64,000 bases of DNA, taken from NCBI GenBank assembly GCA_031270865.1, contig JAISWI010000094.1, positions 8,001 to 72,000 on the forward strand. Reading direction: 5' to 3'. This stretch comes from Oscillospiraceae bacterium. GTDB lineage: Bacteria; Bacillota; Clostridia; Christensenellales; Aristaeellaceae. The position numbers and the translations under genes are program-made. The notes beneath the pieces were generated by a model, which saw only the letters and a program-made list of their open reading frames with translations, was not told where the DNA came from and did not search any database. This document shows positions 45,981 through 55,351 of the stretch, one piece after another; positions within the stretch are counted from its first letter, which is position 1; every line of letters starts with the position of its first letter.

Positions 45981-46679
45981 TCAGCCGAAAACCCGCGCCT
46001 GGGCGTACTTGGATACCGACGAGGCGCTTCTGCCGCCCAGCTGGAGCAGCTTTACGACGTAATCGGGTATGAATTCGTCATACTTCACCTCCAGCAGCGC
46101 GATTTGGTCGCCGACCCTCACAGTCGGGAGCGCGTCGTTGAAGAAGTCGTCGGAGAACCCGAACGCCCGGCCGTCGGACGCGCCGCCGGAACGGATATCC
46201 CTGTCCAGCGTCACGCGCACATTCCCGGGCTCGCACACGAACGGCTCGCGGATGTAATCCACTATGGCCTTGGGCCTTAGCAGCGAGGTGTTCAGCTTGG
46301 AGTACAGTTCCAGCAGCAGGTCGTTTGCCGATTCGCGCATCCAGCCGTGGTGTCCGTCCAACAGCAGCGCGGCCTGTTCGCGGGTGATACGCGCGGACTG
46401 TTTGCCGCACAGCCCGTTCTCCTTGACCTTCTTCTCGATGGCGACACACTCCCCGCCGCCGGGATAGCGTCGCGCGCGGAACTTCTCGCGCCGGTTCGCC
46501 CCGTTGACCTTGTCGCGCAGCGCCTGGTCCCTTGGCGAGTCGAAGTACACGCTGCGCACGCGGTACTCCCCGTCCGGCCCGACGTGCGGGTCTCGCCGCA
46601 GCGCCTGTCCCAGCCTGGACCTGATGGCCAGATAGTCCGCCCAGTTCAGGATGTGCTTATACTCATGCCGCCTGTTGAT
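45981..46679 (-). CDS. VTC-domain (polyphosphate polymerase / triphosphate-tunnel-like) protein, apparently starting at ATC
   Basis: The family-typical N-terminus ..RRHEYKHILNWADYLAIRSRL...EYRVRSVYFDSP lies upstream of the first canonical start (GTG at 46559). The frame opens after TGA (46686-46688) and contains no ATG, GTG or TTG before 46559. ATC at 46679-46677 has GGAGGTGA 6 nt upstream. Confidence 0.7.
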   Translation of the reverse strand: MNRRHEYKHILNWADYLAIRSRLGQALRRDPHVGPDGEYRVRSVYFDSPRDQALRDKVNGANRREKFRARRYPGGGECVAIEKKVKENGLCGKQSARITREQAALLLDGHHGWMRESANDLLLELYSKLNTSLLRPKAIVDYIREPFVCEPGNVRVTLDRDIRSGGASDGRAFGFSDDFFNDALPTVRVGDQIALLEVKYDEFIPDYVVKLLQLGGRSASSVSKYAQARVFG

Positions 46680-46771
46680 GGCAGATCACCTCCGTAGGAT
46701 TGATTATAGGCGTGGGATATAACGGCATAATGAACGTAATGTAAACTGTTTTACGCAGCCTTAACACAGGT

Positions 46772-46801
46772 AAAGCCCTGGTTAAGCGCAACCAGGGCTT
46801 T
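46772..46801 (-). terminator. Hairpin terminator after the GyrI-like/argS unit
   Basis: A 12-bp stem, AAAGCCCTGGTT-aagcgc-AACCAGGGCTTT, with short T runs on both strands. Confidence 0.5.
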
Positions 46802-46838
46802 TAGGAGGGCAAGCCGCGCGGGTTGTCCCGCCGATTGG

Positions 46839-47339
46839 TTATATTACCTCGATCCCGTAATCCAGTATGACGTTGCCTTGCTCGTCCGGCGTGGTGAAGC
46901 GCGGACAGTTGTACAGCTCGAACATATAGCCGCCGGGCTTGGGCGCCATGCCCTTTTCCTGGATGGAGGCGAGGGCGCGGCTGTGCGCGTCCATGCCGTA
47001 CAACTCGCCGGTGTCCTCCTTGCCGTAGAGCCAGCACACGCCGTAATCCATCGCGGGCAGGTCCGTCCACTCGCAGCCCTCGGGGGCTTCGGTCCCGGCG
47101 GGAAAGAACATGCCGATCCAGTATTCGAACGGGTCAGCCTCGCGCATCAGGCCGACGTACGCGTCGCCCGACTCGGCCAGCGCGTCCAGCTTCTCCAGCG
47201 GCTCGAACCAGCCGTTTTGGAACCATTCGCCCCACTTGTGGCCGAATGAGCCGTTGTTGGCGCGGTCGCCATCGAGGTACTTCCTGCCGATGAACCGGCA
47301 CGCGGGGTAGGATACCCGCTGGGTGTTGGTGATCTTCAT
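46839..47339 (-). CDS. GyrI-like / YdeE-type effector-binding domain protein
   Basis: ...PACRFIGRKYLDGDRANNGSFGHKWGEWFQNGWFEPLEKL... is typical of this small-molecule-binding fold. Confidence 0.6.
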   Translation of the reverse strand: MKITNTQRVSYPACRFIGRKYLDGDRANNGSFGHKWGEWFQNGWFEPLEKLDALAESGDAYVGLMREADPFEYWIGMFFPAGTEAPEGCEWTDLPAMDYGVCWLYGKEDTGELYGMDAHSRALASIQEKGMAPKPGGYMFELYNCPRFTTPDEQGNVILDYGIEVI

Positions 47340-47355
47340 GGTGGCGCCTCCTTTA

Positions 47356-49077
47356 TTACATCCTCTCCGGCGCGTCGATACCCACGAGGTACAGTCCCCT
47401 TTTGAGGATATCGCGCGCCGCTTCGGTCAGGATGACCCCGGCGCGTTGGCTGGACGGCTCTCCGTACAGTATACGATGTTCGTAATAGTAACGGTTGTAC
47501 GCCTGGGCGGTTTGTGTGATGTGGCGCGTCAGGATGGACGGCTCGTACTTACGCGCGGCGTCGGCGGCGGCCTCGGGAAAGCGTGAGATCAGCAGGAGAA
47601 CGGCCCGCGCCTCGTCATTGGCCAGCGCGTCGGGCGACCATGGCTGTGATCCCGACCAATCAAGCCCAGCGGCGGCGGCCTTGCCCAGCACCGAGCAGCA
47701 GCGGGCATGGGTATACTGGACATACGGCCCGGTCTCGCCGTCGAAGTTCAACGCGCGCGCCCAGCGGAAATCCACGTCCTTGATCCTGCCGGAGGCCAGC
47801 GCCGCATACACGATCGCGCCGATGCCGACCACGCGCGCGGTCGCGTCCTTGTCCGGCAGGTCCGGCGATTTCTCGTCGATCAGGGCGCGGGCCTTGGTGA
47901 CCGCCGCGTCGAGCACGTCGTCCAGGTAAACGATGTGCCCCTCGCGCGTGGACAGCGGCGATCCCTCGTAGCTGACCATGCCGTAGGAGACGTGAACGAG
48001 GTCCTTCGCCCATGGGTAGCCCATCAGCTCCAGCACGCGGAAGAACTGGCGGAAGTGCAGGTCCTGGTGGTAGGCGACGACATACAGGCATTTGTCGAAA
48101 TGGTACGTCTCGGCGCGGTATATCGCGGCCGCCAGGTCGCGCGTGGTGTAAAGCGTCGCGCCATCGCGCTTTAGTATCAGCGCGGGGGGCATGCCATCCG
48201 AGCCGAGGTCGACGATCGACGCGCCGTCGGATTGGGACAGCAGGCCCTTCTCCCTTAGTATATCCACTACTGGCCGGGTCTTGTCGTTGTAGAAGCTCTC
48301 GCCCGTGTACGCGTCGAACGCCACGCCCAGCAGCGCGTACACCCTCTCGACATCACGCAGCGTCATCTCCTTGAACCAGCCGAACAGCTCCAGCGCCTCC
48401 GGGTCGCCGCGCTCGATCCTAAGGAACCACTCGCGGCCCTCGTCGTTGAGCGTTGGGTCGGCCTCCGCCTCCTTGTGGAAGCGGACGTACAGGTCGACCA
48501 GCGACTGCACGCCGCCGCGCTCCACCGCCTCGCGCGAGCCCCAGCGCCTGTACGCGCTGATCATCTTGCCGAACTGGGTGCCCCAGTCGCCCAGGTGGTT
48601 CACGCCGACGACGCTGTAGCCCAGGTTCTCGAACAGGCGCTTGAGCGAATGGCCGATCATTGTGGTCCACAGGTGGCCGATGTGCGGGCGCTTGGCTATG
48701 TTTATCGAGCTGTAATCGATGACGATCGTCTTGCCCGCGCCCTCGTCCGACACGCCGAACGCGCCGGGCGCCGAGCGTACCGCTTCCAGCGTCCGGACCG
48801 TGAACGCGCCGCGCTCCAACGCGAAGTTGAGGTAACCGCCCGCGACCGACACGCCCGCGATATCCGGCGACGGCCACGCAGCCGCCAGCGACGAGGCTAT
48901 CACGGGCGGCGCCTTCCTCAAATTCTTCGCGAAACGGAAGCATGGCAGCGCGTAGTCGCCCATCGCCGGGTCGGGCGGGACCTCCAGCATGGCGGACAGG
49001 TCCGCGATAGGCGGCGGATCGGCGGCGAACGCGGCGGCATAGGCGGCGGCGACGGCGGCGGCGAGGCTTGTTTTCAT
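47356..49077 (-). CDS. argS: Arginine--tRNA ligase
   Basis: ...YSSINIAKRPHIGHL...HLGDWGTQFG...; C-terminal DALR anticodon-binding region. Confidence 0.95.
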   Translation of the reverse strand: MKTSLAAAVAAAYAAAFAADPPPIADLSAMLEVPPDPAMGDYALPCFRFAKNLRKAPPVIASSLAAAWPSPDIAGVSVAGGYLNFALERGAFTVRTLEAVRSAPGAFGVSDEGAGKTIVIDYSSINIAKRPHIGHLWTTMIGHSLKRLFENLGYSVVGVNHLGDWGTQFGKMISAYRRWGSREAVERGGVQSLVDLYVRFHKEAEADPTLNDEGREWFLRIERGDPEALELFGWFKEMTLRDVERVYALLGVAFDAYTGESFYNDKTRPVVDILREKGLLSQSDGASIVDLGSDGMPPALILKRDGATLYTTRDLAAAIYRAETYHFDKCLYVVAYHQDLHFRQFFRVLELMGYPWAKDLVHVSYGMVSYEGSPLSTREGHIVYLDDVLDAAVTKARALIDEKSPDLPDKDATARVVGIGAIVYAALASGRIKDVDFRWARALNFDGETGPYVQYTHARCCSVLGKAAAAGLDWSGSQPWSPDALANDEARAVLLLISRFPEAAADAARKYEPSILTRHITQTAQAYNRYYYEHRILYGEPSSQRAGVILTEAARDILKRGLYLVGIDAPERM

Positions 49078-49150
49078 CGATTGCGCTCCTTATCAGAGGA
49101 TGCCGGGCGGCGGCGGACAGTGATTTCTCCCTAAACTATTCGCCGTCCCC

Positions 49151-49179
49151 TTGACAATTCCTGCGGTTAAGCTAATAAT
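49151..49179 (+). promoter_or_regulatory. SigA-type promoter upstream of the fucosidase
   Basis: TTGACA-17-AATAAT. Confidence 0.45.
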
Positions 49180-49215
49180 GAATCGGCTGGAGCCACAAAT
49201 TGAGAGGAGACTGAT

Positions 49216-50511
49216 ATGTTCGACTGGGACGCGTATCACAAGCGGGTGGATTGGTTCGTCAAGGCGCGGTTCGGGATGTTCATCCATTGGGGGCTGTACT
49301 CGATACCGGCGCGGGGCGAGTGGGTGCGCAGCGTTGAGAAGATTCCCGTTGAGGACTACGAGCCGTTCTTCAAGGAATTTAACCCTGTCGACTACGACCC
49401 GAAGGCGTGGGCGAAGCTGGCGAAGAAGGCAGGCATGAAGTACGCCGTGCTGACCAGCAAGCACCACGACGGGTTCTGCCTGTTCGACAGCAAGCTGACC
49501 GACTACAAGGCGACGAACACACCCGCCGGGCGCGACCTGGTGCGGGAATACCTGGAGGCGTTCCGGGCCGAGGGGATCAAGGTCGGGCTGTACTACTCGC
49601 TGATCGACTGGCATCACCCGGATTACCCGCACTACGGCGACCGCATCCACCCGATGCGCGACAACGAGGCGTTCAAGGACCACAAATACAACTTTGATAA
49701 CTATTTGACGTACCTGCACGGCCAGGTCCGCGAGCTGCTGACGGGTTATGGCAAACTGGATATCATGTGGTTTGACTTCTCCTACGGCGAGATGTCCGGC
49801 GAGAAGTGGCGGGCGACGGAGCTTACCAACATGATCCGCTCGCTGCAGCCGCACATCCTGATCGACAACCGCATGGAGGTAAGCGGCGAGGGGTTCGGGT
49901 CGCTGCTGTCCGGCGATCCCAACGTATATTCGGGCGACTTCGTCAGCCCCGAGCAGATCATCCCGCCGGAGGGCATATTCGACCAAAACGGCCGCCGCGC
50001 GGTGTGGGAGGCGTGCGCAACGCTCAACAACAACTGGGGCTACCACGCCACCGACAGCAACTGGAAGCCTGCGCCAATGGTGGTGCGCAAGCTGGCGGAA
50101 TGCGTGAGCAAGGGCGGCAACTTCCTGCTGAACGTAGGGCCGGACGCGCGTGGGAATATCCCGCCCGATTCGGTAAAGATACTCTCCGAGGTGGGCGAGT
50201 GGATGTCGCTCAACGGCGAGTCGATCTACAACTGCGGTTACGCGGACCTGCCCAAGCCGGATTTCGGCAGGTACACCCGCAACGGGAACAAGGTATACGC
50301 GCATATCTTTGACAACGCGCTGGGGCTGCTGCCGCTGCTGGGGCTAGACAAAGGTGAGATCGTAAAAGCGCGGGCCCTCGCGACCGGCGCGGAGCTCAGC
50401 CTAGCCGGCGACTGGACCAGCAACAACTACAAGAACGCGTTCGTTAAGCTGGGACCCAGCCCGGTCCTGCCGGACGAGACGGACACGGTGGTCGAGATAA
50501 CCGTAAGGTAA
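49216..50511 (+). CDS. Alpha-L-fucosidase (GH29)
   Basis: ...RFGMFIHWGLYSIPA...KYAVLTSKHHDGFCLFDS... GAGAGGAG lies upstream. Confidence 0.9.
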   Translation: MFDWDAYHKRVDWFVKARFGMFIHWGLYSIPARGEWVRSVEKIPVEDYEPFFKEFNPVDYDPKAWAKLAKKAGMKYAVLTSKHHDGFCLFDSKLTDYKATNTPAGRDLVREYLEAFRAEGIKVGLYYSLIDWHHPDYPHYGDRIHPMRDNEAFKDHKYNFDNYLTYLHGQVRELLTGYGKLDIMWFDFSYGEMSGEKWRATELTNMIRSLQPHILIDNRMEVSGEGFGSLLSGDPNVYSGDFVSPEQIIPPEGIFDQNGRRAVWEACATLNNNWGYHATDSNWKPAPMVVRKLAECVSKGGNFLLNVGPDARGNIPPDSVKILSEVGEWMSLNGESIYNCGYADLPKPDFGRYTRNGNKVYAHIFDNALGLLPLLGLDKGEIVKARALATGAELSLAGDWTSNNYKNAFVKLGPSPVLPDETDTVVEITVR

Positions 50512-50682
50512 GGCGGCCGGAAGGAAACCATCCCGGATTCCATGGCTGGCCGGGCTAACGGCCCGCAGCCTGTGCGCCGCCCCGAATGCCTGTATGAATA
50601 CCGCGCGAACAGGTTTCGGGGCGGACGCTCTTTTGGGGGAGACGCGCGCTGCTCGATGGCGCGTGGCGCGGCGATATGATCC

Positions 50683-51864
50683 TCAGGCGCCCGCCGTGAC
50701 GGACGCGGCCACGACGGGCCCGGCCGCGTCATCCCCTGCGACAAAACCCCTGACCACCTCGACCAACCTGTCAACGTCCTCCTTCCTGATGAAGAACGCC
50801 AGCGACAGCCTCACGTAATCAAGCGGCGGCACCAGCCGCGCGTGTATATCGCTGTCCTTCAAACGCTCCAGCAGGTCCTTGGCCGGCCTCGCGTCCGAGC
50901 GGAACGAGACCAGCCCCGCCCGCGAATCCTCCGGCGTTATGACCGTGATCCCGTCCAGCTTTGACAGCTCCGATATCGCGTATGCGGAGATGTCCGCTAT
51001 CGCGCCATACAACCCGTCAAGGCCGACGGTATCCAGCAGCCATTCCAGCGACGCCGCGAAGCCGCTTACCGCCAACGCGCTGGGCGGCGCGGGCGCGTAA
51101 CGCTGGATGTCCGCGCTCAGCTTCTCGTCCTGGTACGGCTCGGGCAGCGTCTCATCGTCGGTTATGGGTTTGTAAGCGTCCACTATCCGCTTGGCTACGT
51201 ATAACGCGCCCGTGCCCTGCGGCCCGAACAGCCACTTCTGGCCGGGCAAGCTGTAGTAGTCAACGTCCATGTCACGCGCGTCCAGCGGTATGGCTCCGGC
51301 GGACTGCGCCCCGTCTATCACGACGGGCACGCCCCGCTCGTGCGCCGCCGCGATCAACTCCTTGGCCGGCAAACGCTCGCCCGTTATGTACGACACGTGT
51401 GAGAACGCGACCAGCTTCGTCCTGCTGGACAACTGCGCCGACAACGACGCGACAGCGTCCGGCTGCGTCTCGAAGAAGCGGATGACTATCCCATACCGCT
51501 CCCGCAACCGCAGCAGCGGGCGGATGACCGCGTGGTGCTCGCGGTTTGATATGACGGCCTCGTCGCCTTCCGACCAGTCCAGGGAGAATATAGCCTCATA
51601 AATACCGTGCGTCGTGCTGTTCTTGAGCGCGATCTCGCCCGGCTCCGCGCCGATCAGCCGCGCGACCAGGCCCTGCGCCTTCTCTGCGAGTTCCTTGGCC
51701 GCGAGGTATCCGTTCTTCTCCTGCTGGGCGAACAGCCAGTCCGACACGGCCAGCTTCGCGGCGGCGGACAGCGGTCCGGTGATGCCCGTGTTCAGGTAAA
51801 TCTTCCCATCCCTTTGGGATAACGCCGCGCGGTATTGGTTCAGGTTATTGTGGATGTCAGACAT
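50683..51864 (-). CDS. Class V aminotransferase (cysteine desulfurase/lyase-like)
   Basis: ...FSHVSYITG...DGAQSAG...YSLPGQKWLFGPQGTGALY (PLP-Lys motif). Confidence 0.85.
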   Translation of the reverse strand: MSDIHNNLNQYRAALSQRDGKIYLNTGITGPLSAAAKLAVSDWLFAQQEKNGYLAAKELAEKAQGLVARLIGAEPGEIALKNSTTHGIYEAIFSLDWSEGDEAVISNREHHAVIRPLLRLRERYGIVIRFFETQPDAVASLSAQLSSRTKLVAFSHVSYITGERLPAKELIAAAHERGVPVVIDGAQSAGAIPLDARDMDVDYYSLPGQKWLFGPQGTGALYVAKRIVDAYKPITDDETLPEPYQDEKLSADIQRYAPAPPSALAVSGFAASLEWLLDTVGLDGLYGAIADISAYAISELSKLDGITVITPEDSRAGLVSFRSDARPAKDLLERLKDSDIHARLVPPLDYVRLSLAFFIRKEDVDRLVEVVRGFVAGDDAAGPVVAASVTAGA

Positions 51865-51884
51865 AATATCCTCCTGCTATTTAG

Positions 51885-52637
51885 TTAGATATGATAGGTA
51901 AACTCGGGCATGATCCGCCGCAGGAACTGCCGCGTTCGCTCTTCCTTCGCGTCGCGGAATATCTCGATAGGCGCGCCCTGCTCGACGATCACCCCATCGT
52001 CGATGAATACGATCTGGCTGGCGATGTCGCGGGCGAACGACATCTCGTGCGTCACCAGTATCATCGTGATGCCCATCCGCGCGACCTCGCGCATCACGCC
52101 CAGCACCTCGCCCACAAGCTCGGGATCCAACGCGCTGGTCGGCTCGTCAAAGAGTATGACCTCCGGCCTCAACGCCAGCGCCCGGGCGATCGCGACGCGC
52201 TGCTGCTGCCCGCCGGACAGTTGGGACGGGTACGCGTCCAGCTTGTCGGATAATCCAACCTGCGCCATAAGCTCCGCCGCGCGTTCCAGCGCCTCCTTCT
52301 CGCCCACTTTCTGGACGATGACCAGCCCCTCCGCCACGTTCCGGATAGCCGTGCGGTTGCGGAAGAGGTTATAGTTCTGGAACACCATCGCGGTGCGGCG
52401 GCGTATGTCCAGCACCTGCTTCTTAGTGGCGCGCTTCGCCGAGACGCTCACGCCGCCTATGCTGATCTCGCCCTGGTCCGCGCGTTCAAGGAAGTTGATC
52501 GCCCTTAGCAGCGTGGTCTTGCCAGAGCCGGACGCGCCTATGATAACGAAGGCCTCCCCGTCCCGAATGGTCAGGTCGATGCCCTTTAGGACGTGGTTCC
52601 GCCCGAATGATTTGTGGATATTTGACAGCGTTATCAT
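51885..52637 (-). CDS. Polar amino-acid ABC transporter ATP-binding protein
   Basis: MITLSNIHKSFG...GASGSGKTTLLR...LSGGQQQRVAIARAL...FDEPTSALDPE. Confidence 0.92.
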   Translation of the reverse strand: MITLSNIHKSFGRNHVLKGIDLTIRDGEAFVIIGASGSGKTTLLRAINFLERADQGEISIGGVSVSAKRATKKQVLDIRRRTAMVFQNYNLFRNRTAIRNVAEGLVIVQKVGEKEALERAAELMAQVGLSDKLDAYPSQLSGGQQQRVAIARALALRPEVILFDEPTSALDPELVGEVLGVMREVARMGITMILVTHEMSFARDIASQIVFIDDGVIVEQGAPIEIFRDAKEERTRQFLRRIMPEFTYHI

Positions 52638-52639
52638 CC

Positions 52640-53347
52640 TCACACACCCCCTGCGCGGACCCTGACCGATTTGTTTAACAAGCGAACGCCCTGCTCTATC
52701 CCCACGCACAGCGCCCAGTATACCAGCGCGACCGCTATATAAGCCTCCAGGTACCTGTAGCTGGCGTTCGCCTCGATCCTCACGCGGGTGACAAGGTCGG
52801 TCACGCCGATCATCGTCACCAGCGCCGTCCCCTTCGCCTGACCGATGAACGCGTTGCCCAGTATCGGTATAGCGACGGGCAGAGCCTGCGGTATCACCAC
52901 GCGCCGGTAGATATCGAAGTTTGTCATGCCTATCGACTGCGCGGCCTCGGTCTGGCCTTTGGGTACGGAGAGCAGCGCGGTCCTGATGGATTCGGTCATG
53001 AACGCCGTGGCGATGAACGCGAGCACGCCCATCGCGAACAGTGTCGGCGGGATGTTCGCCGAGCGCGCGGACCAACCCAGCTTCTCCATAAGCGCGTCGA
53101 ACCCGAACACGAACGCGAAGTACACGATCAGCAGCATCAGCACCGTCGGCATGCCCCGAATCAGCACCACGTACCCCTGCACGACGCTCCGCAGCACGGG
53201 CACGCGCTGTATCCTGACTATCGCCAGCAGCGCGCCCACGGCCAGCCCGAACAGCGTCGGCACAGCGGCCAGCATCAGCGTGAACGGGAGCATCGTGAAC
53301 GCCACCCACACCTCACGCAGCAGGAAGCCATAGTCTATCCTATACAC
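52640..53347 (-). CDS. Amino-acid ABC permease
   Basis: GTG start 10 nt after the upstream stop. ...IRGMPTVLMLL...EAAQSIGMT. Confidence 0.85.
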   Translation of the reverse strand: MYRIDYGFLLREVWVAFTMLPFTLMLAAVPTLFGLAVGALLAIVRIQRVPVLRSVVQGYVVLIRGMPTVLMLLIVYFAFVFGFDALMEKLGWSARSANIPPTLFAMGVLAFIATAFMTESIRTALLSVPKGQTEAAQSIGMTNFDIYRRVVIPQALPVAIPILGNAFIGQAKGTALVTMIGVTDLVTRVRIEANASYRYLEAYIAVALVYWALCVGIEQGVRLLNKSVRVRAGGV

Positions 53348-53357
53348 TGGCCGGCAC

Positions 53358-54059
53358 CTAGCCTTTCCGCAGGCGGTAACGCCTCTCAAGAAGGCCGAAC
53401 GCCTTCTCCAGCAGGAGGCATATCACAAAGTACACAAGCGCGTTGCCGACATAACCCTCAAGCGCGTGGTGGGTGCGCGTGGCGATGGCGCGTGTCGCAC
53501 CGACCATGTCGATCACCCCGACAGTGAACGCCAGCGATGTGTTCTTCAGGTTCGTGACGATGACGTTGCCCATTTCAGGCAGCGCGATCTGGAACGCCTG
53601 AGGGCCTATCACCCTGCGGAACATCTGCCCGCCCGTCATGCCTATGGACAGCGCGGCCTCCGACTGGCCGGGGTCGACGCCGCTGATCGACGCTGAGAGC
53701 ATCACAGCCATGAACGCGCTTGAGCTGATCGCGTACGTCGCGACAACGAAGTAGATCGGGTTCGCGCGGCTGGGGTTCAGACCGAGCGGCAGCAGGTACG
53801 GCGCGAGCAGCGCGGGCAAGCCGTAGTAGTAGACGAACAGTTGGATATTGATGGGGATCGCGCGGGAGAAAGATATGAATACCTTTATAACTTGGTAGAG
53901 CGCGGGCACGCGGAACAGCAGCGCGGCGGCTATCAGCGTCGCCAGTACCAGCCCGAGCGCGGTGGACGAGAACGCGACCGCCAGCGTGACGGGCAGCTTC
54001 CGAAGCATGGCCGGGAGGTATTCCACCACCCGGCCAACGCTGAAATAGTCAATCGACAT
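53358..54059 (-). CDS. Amino-acid ABC permease
   Basis: MSIDYFSVGRV...FSRAIPINIQLF...EAALSIGMT. Confidence 0.85.
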   Translation of the reverse strand: MSIDYFSVGRVVEYLPAMLRKLPVTLAVAFSSTALGLVLATLIAAALLFRVPALYQVIKVFISFSRAIPINIQLFVYYYGLPALLAPYLLPLGLNPSRANPIYFVVATYAISSSAFMAVMLSASISGVDPGQSEAALSIGMTGGQMFRRVIGPQAFQIALPEMGNVIVTNLKNTSLAFTVGVIDMVGATRAIATRTHHALEGYVGNALVYFVICLLLEKAFGLLERRYRLRKG

Positions 54060-54861
54060 GCTCCGGTCCCCATATCGTGTAATCGCCGCCAAGCCACTTT
54101 ATGGATAGCTCGCTCATCCTGCCTTCCGCGCGTAACTGGTGTAGCGCGCCGTCGATAGCGTCGCTTAGTTCCTGTTCCGCCGGATCGTCCTTTCGGAATA
54201 CGAAGTAGGTGTAGACTGTGTAAATCGGTTCGTCCGACTTGCCAAGCGTCACGCCGTAGTTCTTCTCGGTGGTCTCGATCATCCGCTTGCTCGAAAGATA
54301 AGCGTCGATGACCCCGGTGTCGATCTTGCTAAGCGTGACGGTCGTGTCGCCGCTGGAATACACCACGTCTATCTTCGCGTCAGGATTGTTCACGTTGTAC
54401 GTTTCGACAAAGTACGCCGCGCCGCCGCCTTCGCTAACCTGCACCTTCTTACCCACCAGGTCAGGCAATCCCCTGATATCCTCACGCCCCGGCTTGAACG
54501 CCGCGTAGCTGTCATACGTTGTGATCATTTCCTCACCGAACAGGTAAGTTTCCACGCGCTTCGCGTTGGCTTCCCATTGGTGTGTGATTAGTTCAACGCG
54601 CCCAGACGCCAGCGCGATCCATTGGTCAGCTTGCACATCCAATATGAATTCATACTGGGGCAGCAGCTCGTCGACCGCCTTGAGCAGCTCGATCTCATAC
54701 CCGACAAGCTCGCCGTTGTCATCAAGATAAGCGTAGGGTATGAAGTCGTTCGCTACGCCGGCGTAGACCTGCTTGGGCTTCTCGCCAGCCGCAGCGTATA
54801 CCGGGATAATCAGCGCCGCCGCGATAACCAGCGCGGCAACACGCAAATACTTCTTAGACAT
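54049..54861 (-). CDS. Amino-acid ABC substrate-binding protein (secreted)
   Basis: Signal peptide MSKKYLRVAALVIAAALIIPVYAAA. Type 3 SBP features. AAAGGAGA lies upstream. Confidence 0.85.
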   Translation of the reverse strand: MSKKYLRVAALVIAAALIIPVYAAAGEKPKQVYAGVANDFIPYAYLDDNGELVGYEIELLKAVDELLPQYEFILDVQADQWIALASGRVELITHQWEANAKRVETYLFGEEMITTYDSYAAFKPGREDIRGLPDLVGKKVQVSEGGGAAYFVETYNVNNPDAKIDVVYSSGDTTVTLSKIDTGVIDAYLSSKRMIETTEKNYGVTLGKSDEPIYTVYTYFVFRKDDPAEQELSDAIDGALHQLRAEGRMSELSIKWLGGDYTIWGPEHVD

Positions 54862-55116
54862 TAGGGAGGTCTCCTTTCATTATCGGCCTATGCCGACATC
54901 CTTCCGGCTCCACTGAACCGGATATTCACATAACAGTTACGCATCGACCATCATACGGCGACATCGATCGGATCGGCCAAAACTCATACCCGGTTCCTCC
55001 TCCCGTCTATTTCAGCAACCGTCGGCGCCTTCGCGCCGTCCGGATCGGCTGTTGGCATATCGTATGCTGGTAGGCGCGGATAAATACCTATTATATCGGT
55101 GGGAATTACGGGTATT

Positions 55117-55145
55117 AGGATACCGCAGGTTTAGCGGTTTGTCAA
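55117..55145 (-). promoter_or_regulatory. Candidate promoter of the amino-acid ABC operon
   Basis: The minus strand reads TTGACA-aaccgctaaacctgcgg(17)-TATCCT, which implies a leader of about 250 nt. Confidence 0.35.
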
Positions 55146-55351
55146 GGAGTTTTTTTAAGAAGAGATATGTACGCGCGGACTGCGGCAGGCTCAAGACATC
55201 CCGGCCCGCCGCTCTATACCATGGTTGTATGTCCGGCGCGTGACGGGTGTCAGCGCTATATAGTGATTTATATATAACAGAAACGCAAAATATACTACAT
55301 AGGAAACCGCTGACTAACCCGCGCCCCGGCACATTCGCCCGCCGCGCTGTG

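Noticed and set aside
49078-49215. T-box leader upstream of argS
   Set aside because: Only about 135 nt separate argS from the divergent fucosidase gene, and part of that is the fucosidase promoter. This is too short, and no T-box motifs are present.
51885-53309. 474-aa ORF fusing the ABC ATPase to an upstream extension, and similar extensions at 34812-36305, 22923-23954 and 16645-17559
   Set aside because: The extensions overlap neighbouring genes or repeat elements, lack family similarity, and internal starts with good SD sequences give normal-length proteins.
54862-55110. T-box or S-box riboswitch upstream of the amino-acid ABC operon
   Set aside because: I could find no GGUGGUACCGCG-type T-box core, no AGAGA/GA-motif stem I features, no SAM-I GGUGGAGGGA...GCAACC elements, and no terminator with a U-tract.
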